Assembly: GCA_038496445.1 (NCBI GenBank)
Contig: JALMLS010000079.1
Span: 158,758-222,757, forward strand
Source: Trichosphaerium sp. ATCC 40318
Taxonomy: Eukaryota > Protista > Tubulinea
Length of the DNA stretch: 64,000 nt
Reading direction: 5' to 3'
The translations under genes were made by a program, and so were the position numbers. Below, piece after piece: positions 13,436 through 26,773 of the stretch (its first letter is position 1; every line of letters begins with the position of its first letter). The notes beneath the pieces were generated by a model. It was not told where the DNA came from, made no database searches, and saw nothing but the letters and a program-made list of their open reading frames with translations.

Positions 13436-13681
13436 TGCAAAGCGTATCACTGAACCTGCTCTGTAAATAAAACTCTACATCAAAATCGTCGAACGAATGA
13501 AGACATAGTTTTGCGCCCTTTTCACTAACTTATTGTATTCGACATGCACGTGTAGTATGCATATCATTTTTGGCTGTTTGAGATTTTGCAAATTGTACTC
13601 TTGCAACATCTTCTGCTACTCCGTTTCAAGTAGTTCTACTGCTTAGCAAAAATGCTCTAGCTTGTGAGTCATTTCTTAGAA

Positions 13682-13830
13682 CTTGGTAGCTGGATCCTGT
13701 TAGCAGTACCTTTATAGTATGTCACTGACTGGTGTATTTCTATGCACTGTTCTCTAAGAATCGTTGTAGGAACTGGAACAATCTCAGAATTCCAATCATG
13801 TGTAATACACGATAGTGGAGCAATAACACC
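13682..13830 (+). repeat. Third, more degenerate copy of the exon/intron block seen at 6775-6935(-) and 8020-8187(+)
   Basis: Shared text tatttctatgcactgttctctaagaatcgtt..ggaacaatctcagaattccaa..gatagtggagcaataacac. Confidence 0.85.
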
Positions 13831-14314
13831 ATAGATTGTGAATCCTTTGATAAACCATCATGGTTTGATAATGCCACTGCTGTATCCGTTGTTAGAAGAT
13901 TGGATGGTTCTTGGATTATGGTACGTGGGTTCAGAAGAATGGCTCTTTAAGCGTAGACAGCGCAATACTCCTGCATTTGTTATTGGTCATGGTATAGATG
14001 GTTTTTCCAGAGATGGTACAGTTATTCTATCCAAGCATTTAGCTCCTACAAGTGAAAAGAGAATATCAAAACAAGTTGAAAGAATTGGATTTATTGAGTG
14101 GGAAGATGCTTATGATTAAACTATTACTGCTGACGCTGGCACGTGGCCCTCCAAAATTTGTGAGAACAAATTTCGGAGGCTGATCGAGCAATCTGGGATG
14201 GTGATTTTTTTTTCGATGTAATCTTGTAATTATTATTATGAATAAAGCGAGGCTACGGCGCTCGCCCTCTTGTTTGAAAAAAAAAAACGATAGTTGGCAA
14301 CAGCACTATCACTA

Positions 14315-16070
14315 TTTATTTTTCTGTGGACTAACGCCACATCAAAAGAAGGTTGCAACAACGTTACAGAGATTACAGACAAAGTACGAATCGCTCTCAT
14401 ATTGTTATTAGTTAATTTAATGGTTAAAAAAGAGTCAACACTCAACAACGATGTTTCGCTCCTGTTGGATCTCCTACATTTATGGTCGTACCTGCACCAT
14501 AAGAATGAAGACAAGTTTTGTCACAGCTTGAAATAAATTGTTATTCCCAAAATTAATAGTGAAACTATGTGTTGTTTCTCGTTCTATCTGTTTTCAAGTA
14601 TTCAGAACAAGCCTCTTCTTTTTTATCAAAAACTTTCAATGTACTTTTTTTTCAAGTGATATTGTACCACCTAACGTTTGTCACTACAGTATTAAAAAAT
14701 ATCACGTGACATTTTATGATTTGTAGTATATTTGTTATTATTATTTTCCAGAAATCCTTTTTTTCAAATGAAGCAACACGTCTCAATAATCATTCTTATC
14801 GCTGTAATACTTTCTATTATATCACCATGCGCATGCTTACCAAACCCTGGGTTCCTATTCTTATCGATAGGTGGTTCAAATGGTGAAACTCTTGTAATTC
14901 AATCATCAGACTTGGCTTTTAACGGTACATACAGACAAACACAACAACAAACCCATTTTTTTGACTATTTCCTCAACTATTTTGCTAACACTGTTTTCAG
15001 ACTTTGGTGATACCCAATTTGATACTGGTATACGAGTAGAACTGGGCCCGGGTGCAGACACCATAGTGAGTAAGTGTAACTTTTTTTCAGCTTTAAAAAG
15101 TTGTTTACACTCATTTTAATCAGTACCTTCGTTGGATGGCCAAATGGTATTGTTTGGCTCTACAACATTCAACAGAAATAGTATGGTTGTATCGGTGAGA
15201 GCATTAGACAATACAGAGATTTGTTCTGGGTTTGTAAACAAGATTTCGGCTGGATTTTTTGTTGATGACACTGTGTTCTTCGCAAAGCAAAGTGATTCTT
15301 CAGTGATCACCCGTTACCACCTTGACACCTCAAATGTTGATGATTGTATATCTGGGCCTATATCAACTTGTACAATTACACGTCCTTTCTCAAACACCCA
15401 AATACATGGAAGTACGCAGTTTATTAGAAAGGATAATTTTGTTTTGGTTCTTTCAAAGCTGTCACTCTTTTCTCCAGTGTCACCCACGTGTCTTATGATT
15501 ATTGTAGTGACTGGTGGAGGAAGTGAAATAATGTATCTTTCCATTGAAGGAGTTTTAAGTAGTGCTGACAGTACATCCTTTCATGAAGTTCAAGTATCTG
15601 CTCTCTTTTCAGATTCTTGTGAACTTGATGTATCGTTACTTCCACAACTTGGAGATACAATCATGGGCGAACATAGAATAACTATACTTGATGAGAATAG
15701 ACTCCTTGCATCTGCGTCTTTCGTTGCTGAAACAATTACAATTGACAGGGTGACCGGTACTAATAAGTTTAAGTTCACATAGATTTCTGCTTTTTTCGCT
15801 AAACAGTCATGTGTTATAGGTGAGCAAATGGCTTATTTTACAGCACCAGTAGGGTTCCCTAATCTACAACCTACTTTTTATTCTACTACAGCGTTTTGTG
15901 CTCCACGAGTACGTCACTTTTACACTTGTTTATTTTATCTGTAAAACAAACATGATTGTTTTTTAGATCACACCGGAGATGACCGCTTTAAGGATTCAGT
16001 TATTATCTCAGTAAATTACCAATTTATGTACAATAAAAGTACTTTACTTGGAAGGTTTAAACTGAGTAGC
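14315..16070 (+). repeat. Direct duplicate of ~8213-9868
   Basis: Long near-identical stretches covering upstream region, exons and introns. Confidence 0.9.
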
Positions 16071-16091
16071 ACTCGTTGTTATGTAGAATGA
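14768..16091 (+). CDS. Secreted protein, copy B (paralog of 8607-10200), C-terminally truncated; possible pseudogene
   Basis: Same signal peptide and exons as copy A. Similarity is lost after ~16070 and a TGA is reached at 16089-16091 without the hydrophobic tail. Confidence 0.6.
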
Positions 16092-17533
16092 CAGTGTAGT
16101 CTTTAATGTAATGTTACATATTTCAATGAATTTCACTTGCGATAGTGAGTCTTTATCTCACGTTAACATGACAGCAGCGCCATACCTTTACAAAGATTAT
16201 GATGGTACATTTATTATAAAATAGCGGAGTTTGTGGGTTTGTGTGATACTTAGCTACTGCTTGCTAACCGAATGTGATGAGTAAAACAAAACTTGCTCCA
16301 ACTCGTTTTCTATTGAAAGTTGATACGACCTTACTAATCCCAAAACGATGCTGTAGCAATATTTGTACCTCTATAACTAAGCCTAAATTGTAAGTGTCAG
16401 AATACAAAGCCACAAAGGGTATGAAAGTATACAGTGGAGGTACAGACAACTTTTTGGTGCGATGCTCTTGTTTTTACAATTTTGTTTGGCTCTTAACCTT
16501 TTTGGTAGTCCCGTTTACAACGCTATGCATTGAAATGATGTTGACGATACACGGCTAAACACTCAAAAAATTAGTATCGCACGTGATTTGGGTACTACCT
16601 ATCATGGTCTACTTTCATTCAAAACTACTTCATTGAAACATTCACAAGTTCACTTTTATTGTGCTGCACAACTTGCCCCACGTTAAAGACCTAACTCCGT
16701 TCATTAGTCAGTAAATTAATAAAGAAGACACTGAGAACGTTATCAGTACATTATAAACATTTTGACATTACGTGTTGCAACTTGCAAATATCCAAAATGA
16801 TGTTCGGCTATTGTATAATACATATATTGTTGAAGCACGCCAAAGTGAAACTGTTTCGAGGGTAATGAATTCATGTGAAGTAAACAATTATACAAAAAAT
16901 TGTTTAGTGAACAGCTGCAGTGTTGGCGCTCTTTTCTAACATGGAACATTATAGTAAGCTCACTTTTTTCATGTGACTTTTATCAAATACATGAATAACA
17001 GTTGTGTAACACAAGATCATCAGCTCTTCCTAGTAATGCCCAGCTGAAAACTTAACACCACTATTGCCAATAGTCGTGTATAAAACCCGAAAAGGAATAA
17101 TAAATCGTAACAAAGCACGATTACTATCACAAAGCAGTTTTGATATTATTATTTTCTGAACATGTGTGGTTCTTCGCGCTCCTCGGGTTTTCTCCTATTA
17201 GCAACTTTTCGCTTCTATAGCACCGCCAATGTTATCGTCACCTGTCAAATAATCCGAGATTTCTACACGCGACCACTGAGCACGTGTGAATTACTAAGAA
17301 TCAGGAATAGTGAAAGCAACTGATCTTTTCCAACCAACAACACCGTTAGCAACAGCTCATACAAGTACGCCTTAACCACATACTTTTCTACATTTTGTGT
17401 CGTATCAATGAAGACTTTGGGAACCACAACCAACATGACTGAGCAACACATGTTCTTCATACTGCCAGTTTCATTTTTTTGTTTTTTTGGGGTTGGCTGT
17501 TGCTAAAAACGAGTTTAGTTAACTAACACAACA

Positions 17534-18125
17534 ATGAAATATATCACAGCACTAGCATTATTAGTTGTACTTGCCTGCTATGTAAATGGTACTATATTTT
17601 AATTTCTTAAACACCTTACTTTGAACAGGGCAGGGAGCACCGCCAACAACTACAGCACCCACAACTGCTATACCAGTAGCACCATCAACTGCATCACCCA
17701 CGACTGCAGCACCCGTAATTCCGTCAACTGCACCACCCACAACTGCACCACCGGTAACTCCAACGCCACCACCGACAACTCAGGCTCCAACAACTATGGA
17801 GCCAACAACACCAACGCCACCACCAACAACTCAGGCTCCTACAACTATGGAGCCAACAACACCGGCCCCACCTACAACTCAGGCCCCTACAACTATACCG
17901 CCAACAACTATGGCGCCAACAACGGCTGGACCACCAACAACAATACCGCCAACAACTGCTGGACCACCCACAACGCTACCACCAACATCAGCACCATCAA
18001 CAATTGCGCCATCAACAACAGAACCACCAACCACAGTAGCTCCAACAAGAGCTCCACCAAGTGCAGGAACATCCCTTGGTTTCATGCTTGTTCTAGGTGT
18101 AATTACTACTGTTATAGCTTTGTAA
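17534..18125 (+). CDS. Mucin-like Pro/Thr-rich, probably GPI-anchored surface protein
   Basis: MKYITALALLVVLACYVNG signal, one intron ~17589-17629, PTT repeats, hydrophobic C-terminus SAGTSLGFMLVLGVITTVIAL. Confidence 0.85.
17760..17895 (+). repeat. Coding minisatellite, ~51-nt unit (PTPPPTTQAPTTMEPTT), ~2.5 copies
   Basis: acaactcaggctcc(a/t)acaactatggagccaacaacacc recurs. Confidence 0.85.
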
Positions 18126-18382
18126 CTACAGTCCTGGAAATAAAAAATCTACACTTATTTTGCAAAGACAAAAACGCAGCTTGCAATTCCTTTGCCACGT
18201 GTTCCACAAACTACAGACGATTTTTAAAAACCCATGGTTTGTATCTCGAATATTTATACCCATAAGGCCGTAACGCACCCACAAACAAGTGATAATAGAT
18301 GTGCAGTTTTTGTTGAGACGTGAAGAACAGTCAAAACAAAAACAATACTTTTTAAGTTTTTTTTCCTCTTTCTTATTTTTGC

Positions 18383-21300
18383 TTACATTACTGTACAATT
18401 CTTATCCCTTACACCACGTCTACGACCTCTACCAGTCTCTGCGCTATCATTTTGTATAACTTCGTCACAATGACGGAATAAAGCATTATGTGGTCCACCA
18501 TACTCACTGAACAGGCAGAAATAATTGGCTTGATCCTCAACGATCGATTTACACATTGCAGAGGATGTTATATGCTCTGCATCATTACTATACAAGAACT
18601 CTATAATAGCTTCAACACATGCATATGTCATCGGCTCCTTAAGAACAAGGGTACCTATCGTAAAAGTTAAAGAGATTGAACTTTAAAAAAAAAAAAAAAT
18701 CGCTGAACTCAAATATGACTTTTCCCAACGTTATCACGTAACACCATGATAAAAAATTTTACTTTTATAGCAATATTAATATTGTTTGAGTAAACTAAAG
18801 TGGTTTTGGAAAAGACTAAAGAATTTATACTTGAGCTATGAAGAGTTGTTTGCGCAGAAAATTTTTTTCAAAGAATTCTTGTTTTGCGCGTGCTTAACTA
18901 GTTTTTAGTTTTTAGTACCTTTAGAGCACTCTGTCATTCCTGAACGGAATAAACAAGCAAAGTAATCGCATCTAGCAGCTAATATTGCTTTGTGACATTT
19001 CAAATTTTTATCTTCAATAACCAATGTAAAATCAGTCATAACTTGTTCTTTGAATAGTTTAAGCAATGCTGTCCCGACTATCTTTTCATTCCTTGGTATG
19101 ATGTCATGCGAAAAATCCTCTTCAAGCTATAGAATAAATGTTAACACTAAGGGTATGACATAGAATCCACGTTGTAGAGATGGAAGAAAGCTAGAAAACG
19201 AAAGATGTTTTAACTCGAAAAAAAAAAAGACGAACCTCCGGAATGTTCAATTTATCGAACTCAGCCTTCATGTTTTGTAGTTTGTCAGCATTGGATACAT
19301 GCTCAATCATCCATTTCCTCATAAATAATCCATATTTTTTAATGGGGTATTGCTCTTAAACAGTCGTAAATAAACGCTGTTACGCGATTGGTGAAAATGT
19401 TAAAAAAACTCAAGTTACCATAAGGCTTCGCATATTCCAACACATTATCTTCTGTCAGCATTGTTGAAGTAAGGTAGTAACATAATTGCTCCAAGTACAA
19501 CTGCTCAAAATGTATACTGAGCGATAGTAAACTAATAAGGTCCACAACTTCAATGTCAAGATCAGCTAAAAACAAAACAGAGTAAGCAAACTAATAAATC
19601 GAAAAAAAGGACTACTGCGGCGCACGTGGTAAGTTCCCTGTATAAACAAACTCTAAAAATAAATCAAATGACTTTGCAGATACTTTAGAAGGTATTGCTT
19701 CACTCTCGAGTAGTGCTGGGGCTCTGGAGAAGAAGTGTTAAGGCAAGAAAAAAACGAGAGTTTTTCGTTAAATTGTTACCTTGCATGTAGAATGGCTTTG
19801 TGCGTTTTAAACGTTCTACCTTCAACAACAATATCAAAATCAGTAAATTGTTCTGTCCTAAAGAATTCCTTCATATGTACTGCCAAGAAATTGACTTCAG
19901 GTACTAGTAAAAAGTGTGAGCGCAAAAAACAAAAAAAACAAAAAAATTTGTGTTTTCTCAAAAGAGTTAATAACTAAATACACGCGCAAGCACGTGGTAA
20001 TTTTTAATAATAACGTCAATAAATAAATATGGACTGTAAACAAATAAATTTTGTTAGATTAGTGTCGCAGGAAGGAGAACTCGTAGTTCAACGTTTGCTT
20101 TTCTTCCTTACCTTTTGTATCCAAGATGAACATATCGTTGAACAATGACCGCCCATCATACCCACCAAACAGTATTACTTTATTTTGAAATACTGTAGCA
20201 GAACAATGACTCCTTGGTGTAGGGACTTGTCCCTTAACCTTAAAATAAGACCACTTGAGCCTCTCTAAATGTCTTTGTTATTCCAGAATTTTCGAAAACA
20301 AAAAAGCTGACATACGTGTATCAAACATATAAACATTATTAGTACGTGCACCGCCATTATGTCCACCAAAAACAAATATCTTTGATGATATCGCAACAGC
20401 TGAATGGTAAGCTATAGCAGGCGGAATATCACCGCTAACCTCAGGCACACTACAATGCATAGTCTCTTTTCAAAAAATATGTCAATAAATAAAATAAAAA
20501 AAGCAAAACGCCTACCAGTGTCCAACACGTGCAAGTCAGCGAGCATAACATCACCATTAGTACCACCAAAAAAATAAACTTTCTTTTGCACAACTGTAGC
20601 TGTAGCTGCAGCACGCTTAGACGGTGCTGTACCTAAACAGAAATCAAAAAAAAAAAATCTTTCAAGAAAAAAAAAAAACACAACTCCACTCGAGTTATTG
20701 AAAACCGTACCATGTGTTTTTACCGCTTCCCATTTACCTTCCATTTGCTTTGTAACCTCATTATACTTAATTTCAGACGTATTAATTACATAAATCTCGT
20801 TCATTCGGATATTCCCGTCCCAGCCACTGAAAATATACAGTTTTGTGCCCACAACGGATGACGTATGATAACAGTGCGGTGGAGGAGGGCTTTCACAAAC
20901 AACTTCCGTCCAAACCATTGTATCTAATAAAAAGCGTTAATACGTCTATAAGTAGGTTGCCGATAATTTTTGGACGCGTGTGAGCGTAATATAACGGTTG
21001 ATTGACGCATACCAGTGTCTAAAACCCAAAAATCATTGAATTGCACTTTGCCGTCGAAACCACCGAATATGAAAGTGTGGTTCCCAATAGATATACCAGT
21101 ATGAGCGCAACTGCAGGCGTTTTAGCTAAATTTGTACATTTCATGGCGAATACCGTTTACTTGGCTTCTTTCCTGTTGTATGCTCTAGAACCCATTCCAG
21201 TCGCTCTGATTAGTAAATTAGTAAGGTTTGTAGAGTGTTTTAAAACAAAACATAACAAATATTTGGGAACGCCTGTACCTGGGTTAAAAGTATATAGATC

Positions 21301-21453
21301 ATCAAAATAACGTCCACCGTAGCCTCCAAACAAAACCATTCGACCTTCAACCATTGTTGCTGAGTGGGCAAAGTGCTCTTTAGGTGGAGAGCCTTTACAT
21401 ACGTCCGCTGTAACGCGCGTCCACTCCATCTCCTCTGGTATGAAACGTATCAT
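18383..21453 (-). CDS. LZTR1-like Kelch-repeat + tandem BTB protein with C-terminal polybasic-CaaX motif
   Basis: About six Kelch repeats (HSATMVEGRMVLFGGYGG, HTSSVVGTKLYIFSGWDG, YHSAVAISSKIFVFGGHNG). Two BTB starts (FTDFDIVVEGRTFKTHKAILHAR; MTDFTLVIEDKNLKCHKAILAARCDYF). Ends RGRRRGVRDKNCTVM*. Confidence 0.88.
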
Positions 21454-22005
21454 AATGTATTTTTGACCGTTTGGGTAGTAGATTAGTTATTTAATCTTCC
21501 CCGACGCGTATCAGCGCTTGGTTGGTATTTTAGAAAAATAAAGACACCAAATGGCAGCGATAAAGCTAATTTTTAGTGGACTAAATAGAGTCTAAGAATG
21601 GAGTGTTAATTGTATTAACAAACTCACCTTCTGTTTTTTTTGCTTAAAGAATTCGTTTCAGGTTTTTGACTGTAACTTAACGCAAGTGCTAAGTCGCGTT
21701 TAGCGAAATTTCACCTTGGCACTAATGTAATTGATGGTATTACTCAAAAAAACTGCTGAGTTGAACAAAAACAAACTACAAAAAAACTGTCACGTGACTT
21801 TACCAATGCGTAATTATAGGTCTAACTTTACATTTACATTTATCCGAGTACAGTACAAACTATGGAACCTCAATCTCCTGCTTTACATAATTGTCCGCAT
21901 AAACTGCGTGTGACTTATTCCATAACTTCTACTCCTCACTGATTGAAAATGCACTTGGTACAACTACTCTTAAATTACGTTTTAAACAGTTTAACTCACA
22001 CAACG

Positions 22006-23658
22006 ATGTACAAGCAGAAGCTGTTGTTGCTCATAATAATTCCGAGCGTTCTTTGCTCTCTTTCATGGCCTGGTATTGGTAACTTCTCTGCACCTACACT
22101 AAGGTACAGCTTCGGATAGGAGATGTCCCATTATGAGCGAAGCATTTTATATTAATCCGATATTAGCTACCCTCTCGTAAATTTCGATCAAGTGGCTGGT
22201 AAACCTGTTTTTTGGAACAACAGAAACACTTCTTTTGAAGGAAAAATTGTTTTTGTTGAATACGATTTTCCGTTAGCCGGAGTACCTTTGGAACCTATAA
22301 TAGTTGATTATCAGCGTCATGGACCAGCTGCTATTGTTTTTAAGGACGATTCAAACGATCCCGGTAAAATATGGCTGAATAGTAATCATAAACATCGTCA
22401 CGTGAAAGTACCCGTTGTCGCAATGAAAGGTGAGATTGCCTAAGTGTTCTTTTTTTGTGAATCTGACTCCCCGAGAGATGACGATTTCAATGCGTTGATT
22501 GAACTGTTTACGAACGAAACCTACTTGCAAAATAACATCACACTGACGCATGGTACGGTGCAATGATAGAGGGTTCTATATCTAATAGTATAACAGAGGA
22601 GAACAAGTGGGAACAAACTCTCGGTTCAATGTTGTTTGTCCTTTTGGCACAACTTCCTTTTCTCTTATGGAGTCTTACTCTGATGTCTTTGTGTGTTTAC
22701 AGACTCTATTGTATGTCGTCATCAAGGAGCAACAAGAGATGTAACGTAACTCCAATGTTACTTATTCTAATGCTAGAGTTGCTAGCAAATACTGGTACGA
22801 AGAGACAAAACGACCTCAATTTTGGAAACTAATTCTCTTCCCTGGAAACAGAACGCTTTATCTTTGCCATTGATTTGTTTGGAAGTCGTCGATTATACCC
22901 TCCTTGGATGGCATACGTATCATATAGGCATACAATCCCTTATTCTCTTGGATCGTTCTTGATCATGGCTGTCCACTGGAACGAGATTTTGAAGGCCAAT
23001 CAGGTCGTTATAAACAGATTTTTAAGTCGATCGAATAAGATAATATACGCAACAGTCATCGCTCTGATACTTGTAGAAACGATAATAGATATTGTAGGAT
23101 CAGTCGTACGTTATTTTGAATAAGAACAACCATCCATTCTGACTCTTTTTTGGAAATAGTTAACAGTTCAGCTGTTTTATTTAATTCCTCTTATACTTTA
23201 CTTCATTTTCACGGCCTTGATCGCCATATTTTACAATGCAACTGCTATACGCGTATTGATGAGAGTGTCCAAGCTTCGTGTATGCAACGATAAACCCGCT
23301 ATAACTGGTGTACGCCAACTATGATCTTCACACTAAAAAAAAAACTAACTAATTTTGTGACTAGGCTATGTACAAAGCCCTCATGGTTGGTATCATTCTC
23401 ATCATTATTCTTGTCTTCACTATTCTATTCTTACCAAGCATATATACATACGCTGTCAACTACGTTATCATTCGGTCTACATACACATTCTTGTGGTTTG
23501 CAGCAAGCACGTTCCAAATTTTACATTTCTATGATACAACAGACTGGTCGGGAAGAGCTGCGTCTTCAGTTTTTGGAATCAAAGTCGACAGTAGTTCTCC
23601 TAGACAATCTAGAAACACTATGAGTAGTGTAGTGCGCTCAGTTACTGACATAAAGTGA
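22006..23658 (+). CDS. Signal peptide + PA (protease-associated)-like domain + multi-pass (about 7) transmembrane receptor-like protein
   Basis: MYKQKLLLLLIIIPSVLC; GKIVFVE..GPAAIVF..VKVPVVAM (PA-like); successive hydrophobic helices in exons 22600-23530; Ser-rich tail. Confidence 0.7.
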
Positions 23659-25378
23659 AAGTGTCTAATCAAAATCAAAATAAAAAAAAAAGATGCTTTC
23701 AAAACTTCAACGATTATTTTACAAGTGAATAGATTAATATTATCACCTACTGCTCACCGCTTGAACATCCATAACAATCTCAAATAAAATTTCTAACACA
23801 CTTGGAGGAAAAAAAACCCGTTCCAAACTATACACGTGAGGTGAAACCACTCAAAACTAAACGTTCTTTAACATTAAATTTTTTTTATAGTTAATCAATC
23901 AAAGTACTACCGTGTAGTTTTAACTTGTACAGTTGAGAATAACTTGTTCGCGATTAACCATTACCTCGCGCATGCGATGAAAGAACTGTAAATTATCTTC
24001 GCGTTATAAAGCCCTTAGTTCGGAATACCTTCCGCGCTGATGCCTATTTTGAGTTAAACATGTTCAGTTCACTTTTTTTTTCCCAAGTGCTAACCTGTCT
24101 CGATGTTTTAAGGCTCAAAGGATAGTAAGGAACTAAGTATCCTACCCCATTATTGTTTTTATTTTAGGTGAAGTTATTATCATAACAACTTGCCTCCTTT
24201 ATGGTGCACAAGTTACGCTAGTGAACAAATCAATTGCGAAATCCTGTACTTTTCTTACCGCCGAGAGATTGCTCTAATGCTTGCTAACTAAGTGTTGATA
24301 CTGCTCTTAAAAAAATACTATGCTTCGCTATTTCTCAGTCTGTTTGTGCCCTTTAAGGTTGTTTGAACGCGCCGTGAGTATAAAGAGAAGTAACTACAGG
24401 CTAGAAAGCGGTCAGTAAGGAACATTGTTTTTAAATACGAAAAAAATTATTTAGTTTTTACCTCACATCTTCTCTACGCGTGATCTTTCTTATCACGTGT
24501 TATGAAGAGTTATAAAGACATTTTTAAAAAATAACTTACAAACAGAGAAGAAATATTCGTTTGTACCACAGTAGTATGGTCGCCTAGGTTGGCGTCGAAA
24601 TGGGTTGTGTAGAGCAGTTTAACAGCGTCATCTTCAAAGGTGAAAAATAGATTGGTTTACCTCTAGCACGAGATTTAGAACAATAAGGAGTAGAATAATG
24701 CACATTGAAAGATATTAATCTCTGGAAAGCGTACCCAGGCATCGCTAGCGTTTAGGCAATGAGTGATGACACCAAAACTGGGTAGTATTGAAAATAAAGC
24801 CAACTTTTTACTATTCTACCAGGGTTAGCAAAAACGTGACTATCACGTGGTATCGTACCATTTAATATATAATAACACACAAAGCCTTGTACATGGTTTC
24901 TTGTGATATGAAGGTGTAATCTCTAGAACACAAGCCAAAAAGAAAGAACTGAATTGTTTTGATTAAGTCAAAAATTCGCAAACGCCGACTAGGTTAACTG
25001 AAGGTAACGCCTCTAACGCTCATCCCCTCATACCTAATGACAGCAGTGTGAGTAATAACAAACAAATAAACTTGATTTATACTAGTTAGGGACAATCATT
25101 CTCCAATCTTTCAGTCCGACACACTAAACCTTTCAGAAGCGAAAGAGATATCTGTAGCATCACCTATGAGGATTGTTGTTAAAGATAAACACAATATTGA
25201 ACGCGTACGTGGTAGTAGAAGACAAATAAAACACGCCTTCCTTTTAAATACATTATACAATAAACAACAAGCGAGCAAACATCAATACCATGACGTTGTT
25301 GGCCTTGTAGTTGTTGTTTGTTTGTTTGTTTGTTTGTGAACTATTAGTTTACAACATTTCTGAAAACGGACTGTGTAG

Positions 25379-26050
25379 AATCCATGGAGCTTGTTCTCTA
25401 TCTCCCATAGAGAGTGTGATAGTACGTGGTTCGGTAAGAATCCTCAACCTGTATTATACGCACTTTGCTGTATCACTGGATTAAACCTTGGCGTAAAGTT
25501 TGAGAGAGACGAGAGAGGAGATTTTTTCCGTGTAGAGTACGTTTGTTTTTTTTTTTTTTTGGTTTGTTTTTCTGTTAGTTTTTTAAACGCGTCTGTACGA
25601 TCACGTGATATGCTAATTATCTAAAACTAGTAATCATAACGTCTTCATGCTTGCTTTTAGTATTTTTACATTACAAAAACCTAAGAAACCAAAGAATCAG
25701 TACAGCATATACAAGGCAATGAAAAGGTAAGCGTCAAAAATCAAACAGGTCAAAAAAACAACATAATAAATGCACCCTATTTTCTGGAAATCACTATCAT
25801 GGCTGATATACGCTTTAGATGGGTTAATATGATGGATCATAGGCGTAAGGATAGACAATGGAGGTTCCGAATACGTAGAGATGAAAGAGAAAGATGGGAT
25901 GCTGTAATGCAGCAGTTCTATGCTTTTATGAGTACAAGACCATCTATTTTATGGACATGGCAGTGCGACAACTCAAAAGAAATAATACACATTGACTGTT
26001 TAGATTTTTCTGTTTTGCTTAAATCTGTTGTATGGGCATCAACTTTGTAG
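25379..26050 (+). CDS. Hypothetical protein (3' exons; 5' end unresolved)
   Basis: Exons NPWSLFSISHRECDSTWFGK..., IFTLQKPKKPKNQYSIYKAMKR and WVNMMDHRRKDRQWRF... are joined by GT-AG introns. Confidence 0.4.
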
Positions 26051-26773
26051 TGTAAAAGAAAAAAGACTACTAAAGATTGTATTTATTTCTTCCGGTTGTA
26101 AAAGTACTTGGTTGTTGTTTTCATTTTTTCTGGAATTGCTGAGCTGTTTATTCCATTACTACCTACCCTTGTAGTACTATAAAACACTCGGAGAATGCTA
26201 GTATTGTGGAGTTTATTTGTACGGCAAGAATAGAGTCACGTGTGATAGAGTAGACTCTCAATTAAAGTATCACGTTTTTTTACTTCAGAGTTTTAGGCGG
26301 ACAACTTTTTTTTCAGCCTATTTTCGCGTTATACTACAGTTTCCGAGGCTAAAAAACTTCCATGTAGTAGAGGGTATCTTCTAGTTGAATATGAAACGTT
26401 TGGTACGGCGTACAACGTTCTTTTGCGGAGATTGACTCAAAATTACACGCAAATTTTTGTGTTCAAATACTTCGAGTTTACGGTCGTTCTAGCGTCATAG
26501 GTCGCCATAAAACTACGTAGGAGAATAAAACAAAATGTGTTGTCACTGCACTTTCTGTATCAAGTCATATTGTAGCCTAGGAAAGCGAAACAAAGTGTAA
26601 GCGAATACAGAATTAGATCGTTAGTTCCTTTACACTACTCAAAACCCTTGTCGATTTTTTCTTGTTGAAAACGTCATGACCGTTTCACGTTCACTGCTTG
26701 ATCAAACAAACCAAAAGGCCTGCTACCGACAACAGCTGTGGCTCCTTTTTTTTGTTTAAACTTGTCATCAACA

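Noticed and set aside
17621-18265. 214-aa Asn-rich ORF
   Set aside because: Alternative frame of the Pro/Thr mucin gene, which has the signal peptide and hydrophobic tail.
1468-25337. Short microsatellites (TTCGT at ~1470, TTTG at ~25315) and a 20-nt doublet at 10421-10460
   Set aside because: Ordinary low-complexity slippage products.
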